In this document: in pieces, positions 22,103 through 31,346 of the stretch
Layout of the letters: each line of letters opens with the position of its first letter
Numbering within the stretch: position 1 is the stretch's first letter
Source of the DNA: an uncultured Porphyromonadaceae bacterium
Lineage (GTDB): Bacteria > Bacteroidota > Bacteroidia > Bacteroidales > Muribaculaceae
NCBI GenBank assembly: GCA_947643665.1
Contig: CANRWW010000003.1
Span: forward strand, 4,340 to 68,339
Length of the DNA: 64,000 nucleotides
Direction of reading: 5' to 3'
Translations under genes and position numbers: made by a program
Notes under the pieces: model-generated
What the model saw: the letters and a program-made list of their open reading frames with translations, nothing else
The model's database searches: none
What the model was told of the DNA's origin: nothing

Positions 22103-23365
22103 TCACTCTTTTATGTCAAGATTCTTGTTAAGCTCGTAGTGTGAACTCTGCAATTTATCAAGCACATAACCGGCTGTGACTGTAAAAGTTTTTTTCTGTG
22201 TGGATGGGAGTTCAAACATGGAGTCTATCATCACCGTTTCTACTATTGCCCTCAGGCCACGTGCGCCGAGTTTGTATTCAATGGCTTTGTCCACTATCAT
22301 GTCCAAAGCCTCAGGCTCGAATTTGAGTTTTACGCCGTCAATAGCGAAAAGTTTTTCATACTGACGTGTTATGGCGTTTTTTGGCTCTGTAAGCACACGT
22401 CGCAGCGCATCACGGTCAAGCGGGTCAAGATGGGTGAGGATCGGCAGACGCCCGATGATTTCGGGTATGAGGCCGAAAGACTTCAGGTCCTGAGGCGCTA
22501 CGTAGCTAAGATAATTGTCACGGTTTATGCGTTGACGGGCCTGGTCAATGCTATAGCCTACCACATGGGTATTGAGGCGTTGTGCTATCTTGCGTTCTAT
22601 GCCGTCAAAAGCTCCTCCACATATGAAAAGGATGTTTTTGGTGTCAACCGGTATCATGCGCTGCTCCGGATGCTTGCGTCCTCCCTGTGGCGGGACATTC
22701 ACGATTGACCCTTCAAGCAGTTTGAGCAAACCTTGCTGCACTCCTTCACCGCTTACGTCGCGAGTGATGGAAGGGTTGTCGCCTTTGCGTGCGATTTTGT
22801 CAATCTCGTCAATGAACACTATGCCCCGTTCGGCTTTTGCTACATCGTAGTCGGCTGCCTGAAGCAGACGTGTGAGAAGGCTTTCTATATCCTCACCCAC
22901 GTATCCCGCTTGTGTCAGCACCGTGGCGTCGACTATGGTAAACGGCACATCAAGCATGCGGGCGATGGTCTTAGCCAGAAGTGTCTTTCCTGTGCCTGTA
23001 GGCCCTACAATTATTATATTGCTTTTCTCAATGTCAACATCATCCTCGCGTGGCTGGCTTAACCGTTTATAGTGGTTGTATACTGCGACTGAAAGATAAC
23101 GTTTGGCGCTCTCCTGACCGATTACATATTGGTCAAGAAACTTACATATTTCTTTTGGCTTGGGTATTTCTTTTAATTCCAGGGAACTTTCGTTTTTATT
23201 TTTTTCTTTGCTTGTTCCCCGGAATTCTCCAAGTATATCGTGAATAGCATCGGCACATTCCGCACACAGAAACACATCGGGGTTTATTCCCGAAGGGATC
23301 ATGACTTCCGACTGGTTTGCCGGCCTGCCGCAGAATGCACAGCTTTCAACTTTTTTCTTTGCCAT
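22103..23365 (-). CDS. clpX: ATP-dependent Clp protease ATP-binding subunit ClpX
   Basis: It has an N-terminal C4 zinc finger (CAFCGR...CAECAD) and Walker [14 protein letters not shown]. It lies directly downstream of clpP. Confidence 0.95.
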   Translation of the reverse strand: MAKKKVESCAFCGRPANQSEVMIPSGINPDVFLCAECADAIHDILGEFRGTSKEKNKNESSLELKEIPKPKEICKFLDQYVIGQESAKRYLSVAVYNHYKRLSQPREDDVDIEKSNIIIVGPTGTGKTLLAKTIARMLDVPFTIVDATVLTQAGYVGEDIESLLTRLLQAADYDVAKAERGIVFIDEIDKIARKGDNPSITRDVSGEGVQQGLLKLLEGSIVNVPPQGGRKHPEQRMIPVDTKNILFICGGAFDGIERKIAQRLNTHVVGYSIDQARQRINRDNYLSYVAPQDLKSFGLIPEIIGRLPILTHLDPLDRDALRRVLTEPKNAITRQYEKLFAIDGVKLKFEPEALDMIVDKAIEYKLGARGLRAIVETVMIDSMFELPSTQKKTFTVTAGYVLDKLQSSHYELNKNLDIKE

Positions 23366-23380
23366 TTGGATTATTGCAAA

Positions 23381-24091
23381 TTAGATGTTCCCAGTGTGTT
23401 GTTTTTTGACAAGCACATCATCAATCATGCCGTATTCTTTAGCTTCCTGGGCGATCATCCAGTAGTCGCGGTCTGAATCACGCTCCACTTTTTCGAAAGG
23501 TTGGCCTGAATGGTCTGAGATAATGTGGTAAAGCTCTTTTTTGAGCTTCTGTATCTCGCGGGCGGTGATCTCGATATCAGAAGCCTGTCCTTGTGCGCCA
23601 CCCATTGGCTGATGGATCATGACGCGTGAGTGGTTCAGGGCAAACCTTTTCCCTTTTGTGCCTGCCACCAGAAGCACAGCTGCCATTGATGCCGCTATGC
23701 CTGTGCATATAGTGGCGACATCGGAACTGATATACTGCATGGTGTCGTATATTCCCAGACCTGCGTATACAGATCCGCCCGGGGAGTTGATATATATGGA
23801 TACATCTTTGCCCGGATCTGCCGAGTCAAGATACAGCAGTTGCGCTTGTATTACATTGGCGGTATAGTCGTTGACTTCGGTGCCAAGGAATATGATACGA
23901 TCCATCATCAGGCGTGAGAACACATCCATCTGTGCCACGTTCAATTGGCGCTCCTCTATGATTGTGGGAGAGATGTAGCTTGACCTTATGGCGTTGTCGG
24001 TGGCAGAGGTGAATTGGTCCAAAGCCAGGCCGTTCATGCCAAGATGCTTCACTGCATAGTTGCGGAAGTCGTTTTTGTTGAAATCAGTCAT
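23381..24091 (-). CDS. clpP: ATP-dependent Clp protease proteolytic subunit
   Basis: The catalytic Ser context [12 protein letters not shown] and His context RVMIHQP are present. The N-terminal extension is typical of Bacteroidetes ClpP. Confidence 0.95.
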   Translation of the reverse strand: MTDFNKNDFRNYAVKHLGMNGLALDQFTSATDNAIRSSYISPTIIEERQLNVAQMDVFSRLMMDRIIFLGTEVNDYTANVIQAQLLYLDSADPGKDVSIYINSPGGSVYAGLGIYDTMQYISSDVATICTGIAASMAAVLLVAGTKGKRFALNHSRVMIHQPMGGAQGQASDIEITAREIQKLKKELYHIISDHSGQPFEKVERDSDRDYWMIAQEAKEYGMIDDVLVKKQHTGNI

Positions 24092-24179
24092 ATCTTTTTT
24101 ATCTGTTTTGTACGTGTTGGGAAATTTGCCGTGTCGGCTGTCTGTCCCTGTGAAGTAGAGGCTTCGGTTCCTTTCACTG

Positions 24180-24187
24180 CAAATCTA
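24180..24187 (-). promoter_or_regulatory. Bacteroidetes -7 promoter box (TAnnTTTG)
   Basis: TAGATTTG on the minus strand, 88 nt upstream of clpP. A second candidate, TATCTTTG, lies at 24191-24198. Confidence 0.35.
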
Positions 24188-24395
24188 TCTCAAAGATAGT
24201 ACATTTTTCGCTAAAACTTCAAAAAAAATAATATAAAAATTCAGGATCGGCAGATACTTGTGGTTGTACATGCTTTAAACCTGATCATGTGAGATTAGAT
24301 TGTTGCCGATCGCGCCTCGGATATGAAACGCGCCCGTCTCGGTCTTTGTTTCACCGGACGGGCACGTCAAGTCGTATTTATGTCAGGGATATTGC

Positions 24396-25757
24396 TTATT
24401 TAGCTTCCGCAACAGCCTTGAATTCATCAAGGCTTACTGATTTTTCGTCAAGGTGTACTTTTGCTCTTACTGCGTTGAACATCTTGCGGTCAGCAAGGTC
24501 TTCGCGCATACGGCGACCGTAGTTCTTGTCCTCCAGGATGCGACGGGCATAGTTCGTGAGTGTCTCGTCGTCCATGTTGGTCATGCCATATTGCATGAAT
24601 TGCTGGTATGCCACTGCTTTCGCGTAATCAAGGAGATCCTCTTCTGTGACTTTTATGTCAAGGTCGCGGGCGATATGGCCTTCGATGAGTTCCCATTTGA
24701 TGGCAGGAACCATTTTTTCGTATTCTTCGTCAACTTTTTCTGCAGTGAGTTCTTCATTGCGGGCTACAAGCCATTTTTTGAGGAATTCGGCAGGCAGGTC
24801 AAAGTTGCTGAATTTGTCCATGATGGCTTTGCGGGCGTCGCGGTTGAAGAGGTATTCGCTGTTGGGAGCGAGTTGTGCCGCTATCATTTTGTGGAGTTCG
24901 TTGAAATATTCCTCTTCATTGGTCACATTTGCGTTTCCCGGGAATACTTCCTTGTAGAATTCCTCTCCATGTTCCGCTGGTTTGAGAACGATGATCTCCG
25001 AGATGGCAAGCTCAAAGTCTGCTTTCATCTCGGCTGCATTCTCTTTTTCGATGTGAAGCATGGAAGATAGCTCGGCAGCATTGCCCTCACATGTCTTCCA
25101 AGGGTTGAAACGAACTTTGTCGCCAACTTTCTTTCCAAGGAAAAGGTCTGCCTGTTCCTTGTCTTTGAAGTACATTGGCGCAACGATGCCGTCAACAACC
25201 TGAACTGCGTTCTCGTCGGTCTTTACGCTGCCATCTTCGTTGAGTTCCATTATGGCGCCTTTTACGAGAGCTTTTGCATCCACTTCCTCGCCTGGCACTT
25301 GTGCTCCGAAGCGTTCACGTAATGCCTGGTCCTGGTCTGTGACCATTTTTTCGTCAACAGCTATGGTATAGTAGGGGAGTGTGAGGTTCTCGTCTATGGC
25401 CACATTGAATTCAGGTGCCATGCCAACCTCATACTCAAAAGTATAGTCGGGCTGGTCAAGGCTGATTTCCTTTACTTCAACGGGGAGAGGTTCGCCGAGA
25501 ATGTCAAGTTTGTTTTCGCGGATATATTCAATAACGGCACGGTAAACTTCCTCGTTGAGAACGTGGCTTTTTACTTCTTTGCCGAAACGGCGGCGGAGTT
25601 GGTCAAGGCTTACATGACCCTTGCGGAAACCGGGTATCACACGGTTGCGGCCTATCTCTTTAAGCTCCTGATTTACCTTGGCGATATAATCGTCCTGAAC
25701 CACATCTACTTTGATGCGGCCTTCGAGTTCGCCGGTCTTTTCAAGCGTAACTTGCAT
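24396..25757 (-). CDS. tig: Trigger factor
   Basis: It carries the ribosome-binding signature IPGFRKGHV and the usual trigger-factor domain order. I trimmed the start to MQVTLEKTGELEG because a -7 box lies at 25812-25819. Confidence 0.9.
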   Translation of the reverse strand: MQVTLEKTGELEGRIKVDVVQDDYIAKVNQELKEIGRNRVIPGFRKGHVSLDQLRRRFGKEVKSHVLNEEVYRAVIEYIRENKLDILGEPLPVEVKEISLDQPDYTFEYEVGMAPEFNVAIDENLTLPYYTIAVDEKMVTDQDQALRERFGAQVPGEEVDAKALVKGAIMELNEDGSVKTDENAVQVVDGIVAPMYFKDKEQADLFLGKKVGDKVRFNPWKTCEGNAAELSSMLHIEKENAAEMKADFELAISEIIVLKPAEHGEEFYKEVFPGNANVTNEEEYFNELHKMIAAQLAPNSEYLFNRDARKAIMDKFSNFDLPAEFLKKWLVARNEELTAEKVDEEYEKMVPAIKWELIEGHIARDLDIKVTEEDLLDYAKAVAYQQFMQYGMTNMDDETLTNYARRILEDKNYGRRMREDLADRKMFNAVRAKVHLDEKSVSLDEFKAVAEAK

Positions 25758-25811
25758 AAAATGAAGTGTTTTTATGTTGTTGTAATCTGTTTTGCATGAT
25801 TTTTCAAGATG

Positions 25812-25819
25812 CAAAATTA
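25812..25819 (-). promoter_or_regulatory. Bacteroidetes -7 promoter box (TAnnTTTG)
   Basis: TAATTTTG on the minus strand, 54 nt upstream of the tig ATG at 25757. Confidence 0.4.
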
Positions 25820-25972
25820 GCGGTAAAAATTGACTAATGCAATTCATAGACAAGTTTTTTATCTAAAATTTATGAATATGACGTTGATAGGTAAGTGGTA
25901 TTGTATCAGCTACAGTATGTTAAAATAATGTTAATAAAACTGGGGCCGTCTTTTCTTTAGTTGAATATGGAT

Positions 25973-25980
25973 TAATTTTG
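25973..25980 (+). promoter_or_regulatory. Bacteroidetes -7 promoter box (TAnnTTTG)
   Basis: TAATTTTG, 23 nt upstream of the ftsE ATG. Confidence 0.4.
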
Positions 25981-26003
25981 TATGAATAAGTAGTCGGATA
26001 CAG

Positions 26004-26666
26004 ATGAATGTAGTTGAATATAAGGATGTGGAGATATTGCGTAAGGAACTTGTGGTTCTGAAGCATGTGGATTTCCGTATGGCTGAAGGGGAGTTTGCCT
26101 ATCTCATAGGCAAGGTGGGTAGCGGTAAGTCAAGCCTGTTGAAATCAATGTATGCCGAGATCCCGGTTTATACCGGAGAGGCGCGGGTAATGGATATGGA
26201 TCTCGTGGATATCCGCAGAAAGGATGTGCCGATGCTTCGCAGACGCATAGGCATAGTCTTTCAGGATTTTCAGCTTCTTACGGATCGTAATGTATTCCAG
26301 AACCTTAATTTTGTTCTTGATGCTACCGGATGGAAAGATAAATCTGAAAAAGAGAACCGCATAGAGGAGGTGCTTTCCCGCGTAGGTATGGCAAACAAGT
26401 CCTACAAGATGCCGCATGAGCTTTCTGGTGGAGAGCAACAGCGTATAGTAATAGCCCGCGCCCTGCTGAACCGTCCCCGTTTGATTCTTGCCGACGAGCC
26501 TACCGGCAATCTTGATCCGCAGACCGGGGACAGCATCGTGCGTTATCTTCACGATATTGCCGGAAAAGGGACTGCCGTGATCATGGCGACCCATAATCTT
26601 CAGCTTGTGGAACAGTACCCTGCAAGAGTAATACGTTGCGAAGGCAAGCATCTGGTATCTGATTAA
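26004..26666 (+). CDS. ftsE: Cell division ATP-binding protein FtsE (ABC ATPase)
   Basis: 220 aa with Walker [10 protein letters not shown], signature LSGGEQQR and Walker [13 protein letters not shown]. No ftsX follows it here. Confidence 0.8.
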   Translation: MNVVEYKDVEILRKELVVLKHVDFRMAEGEFAYLIGKVGSGKSSLLKSMYAEIPVYTGEARVMDMDLVDIRRKDVPMLRRRIGIVFQDFQLLTDRNVFQNLNFVLDATGWKDKSEKENRIEEVLSRVGMANKSYKMPHELSGGEQQRIVIARALLNRPRLILADEPTGNLDPQTGDSIVRYLHDIAGKGTAVIMATHNLQLVEQYPARVIRCEGKHLVSD

Positions 26667-26808
26667 ACGAAATAATATGTAGTTTTGGAAATATTGCTTG
26701 CTGAAATTCTTTGCTGGAAGTGGCGAAGTATCTGTGCATTAATATTTGCGGGCTACTTAAGTGGAAAAAAGTAATACCGGCCAATGTAACCGGCCGTCGG
26801 ATTTTTTT

Positions 26809-28128
26809 ATGAAAGTATTGAAATTTGGTGGCACTTCAGTAGGGAGTGCCAGTCGTATAAAGGGTGTTGCCGGTCTGGTAAGGGAGCGTGGCCGCAATAT
26901 AGTGGTGTTGTCTGCCATGTCCGGAACAACCAACACTCTTGTTGAGATATCTGGCTACCTGTATCGCAAAAATATAAACAGCGCAAAAGATACGATAAAC
27001 CATCTGGAGGAGCGCTATAGGTGTGTGTTGGCAGAACTTTATACAGACGATGTTATCTTGCAGGAAGCGAAAGAGCGTCTGAACGAGCGTTTTTCGCTTA
27101 TGCGTTCATTGGCTCACGACGGATTTGGCGAGCGTGAAGAGAAGACCATGCTTGCGCAGGGTGAATTGATGTCAACAGCCATGATGGAGCTTTACATGCG
27201 TGAGCAGGGGGTGAAATGTGTATGGCTGCCAGCTCTTGATTTCATGCGCACCGACAGCAATGGGGAGGCTGATATTGATTATATCACTGAAATGCTGTGT
27301 CCGATGCTTGAGGCTAATGCGGATGCGGATCTGTTTGTGACCCAAGGTTTCATATGCCGGAATGCTGCAGGCGACATAGATAACTTGCAACGTGGGGGAA
27401 GCGACCTCACAGCTTCCTTGATCGGGGCTGCCATACATGCTGAAGAAATTGAAATCTGGACCGATATCGACGGGATGCACAACAACGATCCACGTTATGT
27501 GGAGCGTACCACGCCTGTTGCGGAACTGCATTTTGACGAAGCTGCCGAACTTGCTTATTTCGGTGCCAAGATATTGCATCCCACATGCGTGATGCCTGCC
27601 AAATTCAACAATATACCTATCCGTGTGCTTAATACCATGGAGCCGGAAGCACGCGGCACGCTGATATATAACACGGTTCATTCACGTAGCATAAAAGCCG
27701 TGGCAGCAAAAGATGGCGTTATGGCAATAAAGATCAAGTCCTCACGGATGCTTATGGCTTCAGGGTTTATACACCGGGTGTTCGAGATCTTTGACAATTA
27801 CAAGCGCCCGATAGATATGATCGCAACCTCGGAAGTCGGCATATCGGTGACTATTGACAATCCGCTAAAACTGGAGCATATTATAGACGAGCTGAAAGAG
27901 ATTGGCACTGTCACAGTGGATTATGATATGGTTATTATCTGTGTAGTAGGTGATTTGGAATGGCATAACCGCGGTTTTGAAGCAAAGGCTGTAAATGCCC
28001 TTCGCAATATTCCGGTGCGCATGATCTCATACGGTGGTTCTAACTATAATATCTCGTTCCTGGTCAAGGCTGAAGACAAGGTAGGCGCTCTCAACGCCCT
28101 TACCGATGCCCTTTTCCCGGCAGAGTGA
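26809..28128 (+). CDS. lysC: Aspartate kinase (monofunctional)
   Basis: It has the N-terminus MKVLKFGGTSVGSASRIK and a C-terminal pair of ACT-like regions. I trimmed the start from the track's GTG at 26761 to the ATG at 26809. Confidence 0.9.
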   Translation: MKVLKFGGTSVGSASRIKGVAGLVRERGRNIVVLSAMSGTTNTLVEISGYLYRKNINSAKDTINHLEERYRCVLAELYTDDVILQEAKERLNERFSLMRSLAHDGFGEREEKTMLAQGELMSTAMMELYMREQGVKCVWLPALDFMRTDSNGEADIDYITEMLCPMLEANADADLFVTQGFICRNAAGDIDNLQRGGSDLTASLIGAAIHAEEIEIWTDIDGMHNNDPRYVERTTPVAELHFDEAAELAYFGAKILHPTCVMPAKFNNIPIRVLNTMEPEARGTLIYNTVHSRSIKAVAAKDGVMAIKIKSSRMLMASGFIHRVFEIFDNYKRPIDMIATSEVGISVTIDNPLKLEHIIDELKEIGTVTVDYDMVIICVVGDLEWHNRGFEAKAVNALRNIPVRMISYGGSNYNISFLVKAEDKVGALNALTDALFPAE

Positions 28129-28141
28129 AATAGGCTGGAGG

Positions 28142-29722
28142 TTACTGCGGCGTGGTTCCGATAGCCATTATGTCGGTTTCGAAAGTGTCGCGGTTTATGG
28201 CACGGTTGCGTAGTTTGTTGCGGTAGGCATATATGGTGTTCACACTGTAGTTGAGTGTGTGGGCAATGCGGTTGGTGTCGTCAATGCCCAGACGCATGAA
28301 CGCGAGTATGCGTAAATCGCTGTTCAGTGTCTCGTCGTCATTTAAAACGATCTGCTCGTCTGGCCGAAGCAGCGCGTTGACCTTTTTGACAAAGTCGGGG
28401 TAAAGGTTCAGGAAAGAATCATCAAATACTTTGTAAAATTCCCGGCTCTGCTCCTCAATGAATTTTCCTGATTTTGTTATTTTGTATAGCTCGTCGGTCT
28501 GTCCGGCTGAAATCTTACGGTTTGTAAGTTTGCAGAATTCTTTCAGTTTGTCCATAAATATGGAACTGAGGTTTAAGAACTGGCTGATGTATACATCTTT
28601 TGCCCGATTTGCGGTTTGGAGGTTCTGTTTCATGCTGGCTACTTTTCTTAGTTGCCGTTTGAGGTACCATATCGCCACAACAAGGGCAACCAGGCAAATG
28701 AACAGAAACACGATTATCACATAAAGAAGTATGCGCCATTGTGCCATCTGTCGGTTGTGGTGGCTTTCCACAATGTTGAGCAACTCTGTCGTCTGGCTCA
28801 TGCGCACAGAAGCCCTGCTTTGTACTACATTGTCTATGGCAACATTCAGGTAGTTATGCGCCCTGTCCAGATCTCCGCGCTCATAGAGCAGTCCTCCGAG
28901 TTCCTGGATGGAAGTTACCTCAAGTGTCGCGTTGCGTATGTCCGATATGGCTGAAAGTGCAAGATAATAAATGCGCGCGTTCATATCGCCGCGGGATCCT
29001 GCTATTGACGATAAAATATGGCATGCTATGGCATAATCCGGATTTTGCGGCTCAAGACGCGCTACAAGATGTGTAAGGATTTCAGCACTGCGTGCGTATT
29101 CCCCGCAGTAATAATAATTTTCTCCGAGATTCAGCATATATGTGTCTGAACCCGGTGGGAGGGTCGGCAACAGACGTTTCTGTGCTTCAACAGTGAGATT
29201 GTGCCATTTGTCGAAATTGCGTCCATGTCCGTCGTAATAAAATGATATGTAGGAATACATCTGGCGGGTCGCGGAATAATATGTGGAACGCAATCCCTCG
29301 GAAAGGTCTGTGGTATCTATGTCGTTTATTTCGTCTAAAGCATCGTGTATGTATCCGCCGATACTTAGATATGTGGCTCTACGTACACGGAATTCTGTTT
29401 TAAGTGAGTCAAGTCTGGCTTTTGTAGCCCATTCAATTCCCTGGGAATAATAATGCAGTGCAGAGTCGTTGTTAAATGTATTGTAAGACTTTGCGATCAT
29501 CATAGTCTGTTCCAGCCATGGTATGCTGCCGACAGCCATCGCACTTCGGTTTGTTTTAAGTGAGTCAATACGTATCACCCGCCTTGACTTGTAAGATTCA
29601 AACAACTTTATCTCTCTGTCAAGATCGCGTAATACTTTTTCGGCTTCTCCCGAAGTTACTGGGGATCCGTTTATGGATGGTAATAGCAGCAACAATGCTA
29701 TTAATGTCGTCAGTTTTCTCAT
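28142..29722 (-). CDS. DUF6377-type transmembrane regulator (periplasmic TPR-like domain, one TM helix, C-terminal HTH)
   Basis: The parts are a signal peptide MRKLTTLIALLLLLPSING, a roughly 330-aa helical-repeat region, a TM helix ILLYVIIVFLFICLVALVVAIWYL, and a C-terminal HTH-like LNYSVNTIYAYRNKLRNRA. Confidence 0.75.
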   Translation of the reverse strand: MRKLTTLIALLLLLPSINGSPVTSGEAEKVLRDLDREIKLFESYKSRRVIRIDSLKTNRSAMAVGSIPWLEQTMMIAKSYNTFNNDSALHYYSQGIEWATKARLDSLKTEFRVRRATYLSIGGYIHDALDEINDIDTTDLSEGLRSTYYSATRQMYSYISFYYDGHGRNFDKWHNLTVEAQKRLLPTLPPGSDTYMLNLGENYYYCGEYARSAEILTHLVARLEPQNPDYAIACHILSSIAGSRGDMNARIYYLALSAISDIRNATLEVTSIQELGGLLYERGDLDRAHNYLNVAIDNVVQSRASVRMSQTTELLNIVESHHNRQMAQWRILLYVIIVFLFICLVALVVAIWYLKRQLRKVASMKQNLQTANRAKDVYISQFLNLSSIFMDKLKEFCKLTNRKISAGQTDELYKITKSGKFIEEQSREFYKVFDDSFLNLYPDFVKKVNALLRPDEQIVLNDDETLNSDLRILAFMRLGIDDTNRIAHTLNYSVNTIYAYRNKLRNRAINRDTFETDIMAIGTTPQ

Positions 29723-29730
29723 GGTTGTTG

Positions 29731-29738
29731 CAAAGATA
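29731..29738 (-). promoter_or_regulatory. Bacteroidetes -7 promoter box (TAnnTTTG)
   Basis: TATCTTTG on the minus strand, only 8 nt upstream of the 29722 ATG. Confidence 0.35.
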
Positions 29739-29874
29739 ATATCATCGTCTGATTTTTCATAATGGATAATGGCGTTTCTCCACATTTTTTATAGCGATGA
29801 CTGGTTATAATGGCTGGTTGTGAAAATTTACATCGCTTAACACCAACGCTTCTTGTCAATTGGAAAAGAAACAT

Positions 29875-29882
29875 TACCTTTG
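29875..29882 (+). promoter_or_regulatory. Bacteroidetes -7 promoter box (TAnnTTTG)
   Basis: TACCTTTG. It lies inside the track's TTG-started N-terminal extension of the PPIase ORF, which argues for a start further downstream. Confidence 0.4.
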
Positions 29883-29973
29883 TAGGTTGAAAGATGTGCC
29901 GGTGCATGTCCGTGATGACGCGGCACCCTTTTATCATAATTTTAGATTAAACGCAACTTGTCAATATAATATA

Positions 29974-31332
29974 GTGAAACTCAGAACCGTTACTTTATCC
30001 GTTGTAGGATGTGCCATAGCTTTCGCAGCTTTAGCTGCCAGGAACAATGTTGTTGAGGAGGTGGCATGGATGGTGGGAGACCAGCCTATTTACAAAAGTG
30101 AGATTGAGGAAGCATATCAGCAGATGCTATATGAGAAGGTGCCGGTTGACGGTGATCCGTATTGTGTCATTCCGGAACAGCTTGCAGTAGAGAAACTGTT
30201 TCTTCACCAGGCGGATATAGATACTGTAGAGATACAGGAGTCTATGGTGGTACAGGCTGTTGAGCAGCGTATAAATTATATGATCAACAATCTTGGCACC
30301 ACGGAAAAGGTGGAAGCCATATTCCGCAAACCGATGCCTGAGTTGCGCCAGCAGTTGCTTGAAAACATGCGCAATCAGTATCGGATCCAGGAAGTGCAAC
30401 GCAGCATTTCGAAAGATCTTAAAATCACTCCCTCCGATGTACGTAAATATTTTTCGTCGCTTCCCGATGATTCAATACCTTTCGTTCCCCTCCAGGTGGA
30501 AGCCAAGATCATAACTATCAATCCGAAGATCCCCCAACAGGAGATTGATGATGTAAAGGCGCGTTTGCGTGACTATGCGGATCGTGTGAACCGTGGTGAA
30601 TCACAGTTCTCTTCACTGGCAATAATGTATAGCGAGGATGGGTCAAGCATGCGTGGTGGCGAGGTCGGCTTCATGGGCCGTGCCGGTCTTGAACCTGAAT
30701 ACGCGGCTGTTGCTTTCAACCTTAATGACCCTAAGAAAGTCTCAAAAATAGTGGAGACACAATATGGTTACCATATCATCCAGCTTATAGAAAAGCGTGG
30801 CGACCGCATCAATACCCGTCACATATTATTGCGTCCAAAAGTCTCTGACGCCGAGTTGATGAATTCCCTGAACCGTCTTGACTCTCTGCGTACCGATATC
30901 TTGGATGGCAAATACACTTTTGAGGAGGCGACCATTGTCTCACAAGACAAGGATACACGTAACAACCATGGACAGATGGTGAATCCGGAGAATAATTCTA
31001 TACGGTTTGAGATGTCACAGCTTCCTCAGGAGGTGGCAAATAAGGTAAACAAAATGGAGGTTGGCGATGTTTCCGAGGCTTTCATAATGAAAGATCCCAA
31101 ACGTAACAATGATATTGTGGCGCTTGTGAAACTTACCGCCAGGATTCCGGCGCATAAGGCCAATCTTTCTGATGACTATCAGCTTATAAAACAGATGTAT
31201 GAAAACTCGGCCCGCCAGCAGATGCTTAAAAACTGGATTGAGAAAAAGATCAAGGACACATATGTGAAGATTGAAGACAACTGGGCTGACTGTGAGTTTA
31301 AAAACAAAGGCTGGCTAAAAATCAAGAAGTGA
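29974..31332 (+). CDS. SurA-like peptidylprolyl isomerase (parvulin domain)
   Basis: The parvulin core GGEVGFMGRAGLEPEYAAVAFNL...YGYHIIQLIEKRG is present. I propose the GTG at 29974 as the start, which gives a signal peptide VKLRTVTLSVVGCAIAFAALAA. The exact start is uncertain. Confidence 0.8.
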   Translation: MKLRTVTLSVVGCAIAFAALAARNNVVEEVAWMVGDQPIYKSEIEEAYQQMLYEKVPVDGDPYCVIPEQLAVEKLFLHQADIDTVEIQESMVVQAVEQRINYMINNLGTTEKVEAIFRKPMPELRQQLLENMRNQYRIQEVQRSISKDLKITPSDVRKYFSSLPDDSIPFVPLQVEAKIITINPKIPQQEIDDVKARLRDYADRVNRGESQFSSLAIMYSEDGSSMRGGEVGFMGRAGLEPEYAAVAFNLNDPKKVSKIVETQYGYHIIQLIEKRGDRINTRHILLRPKVSDAELMNSLNRLDSLRTDILDGKYTFEEATIVSQDKDTRNNHGQMVNPENNSIRFEMSQLPQEVANKVNKMEVGDVSEAFIMKDPKRNNDIVALVKLTARIPAHKANLSDDYQLIKQMYENSARQQMLKNWIEKKIKDTYVKIEDNWADCEFKNKGWLKIKK

Positions 31333-31346
31333 GCCGTCTATCAGTC

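Noticed and set aside
25758-25853. N-terminal extensions in the ORF track: tig to 25853, ABC-F to 18128, pgk to 45287, recR to 53566, fumarase to 38026, DUF6377 to 29785, PPIase to 29860, GH43 to 12295, panD to 60933, lysC to 26761, and the membrane protein to 41544.
   Set aside because: In each case the conserved family N-terminus or signal peptide begins at an internal Met or Val. A TAnnTTTG box, a terminator hairpin or a neighbouring gene lies inside the extension, so the shorter coordinates were used.
25854-26003. Gene orientation switches here: genes are almost all on the minus strand to the left and on the plus strand for about 9 kb to the right. This raised the possibility of a replication origin.
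   Set aside because: The spacer is only 150 bp. I could find no DnaA-box-like TTATCCACA/TGTGGATAA sequences and no dnaA or dnaN nearby, and the orientation flips back several times further right. It is simply a divergent tig/ftsE promoter region.
26667-26808. The leader of the aspartate kinase gene was checked for a lysine riboswitch or attenuator. A 5-bp GC hairpin (26778-26796) followed by a T7 run abuts the ATG.
   Set aside because: The spacer is only about 140 nt and lacks the conserved lysine-riboswitch core. The hairpin is short and separated from the T-run by 4 nt, and the T-run may simply be part of an AT-rich translation-initiation region. The evidence is too weak to call.
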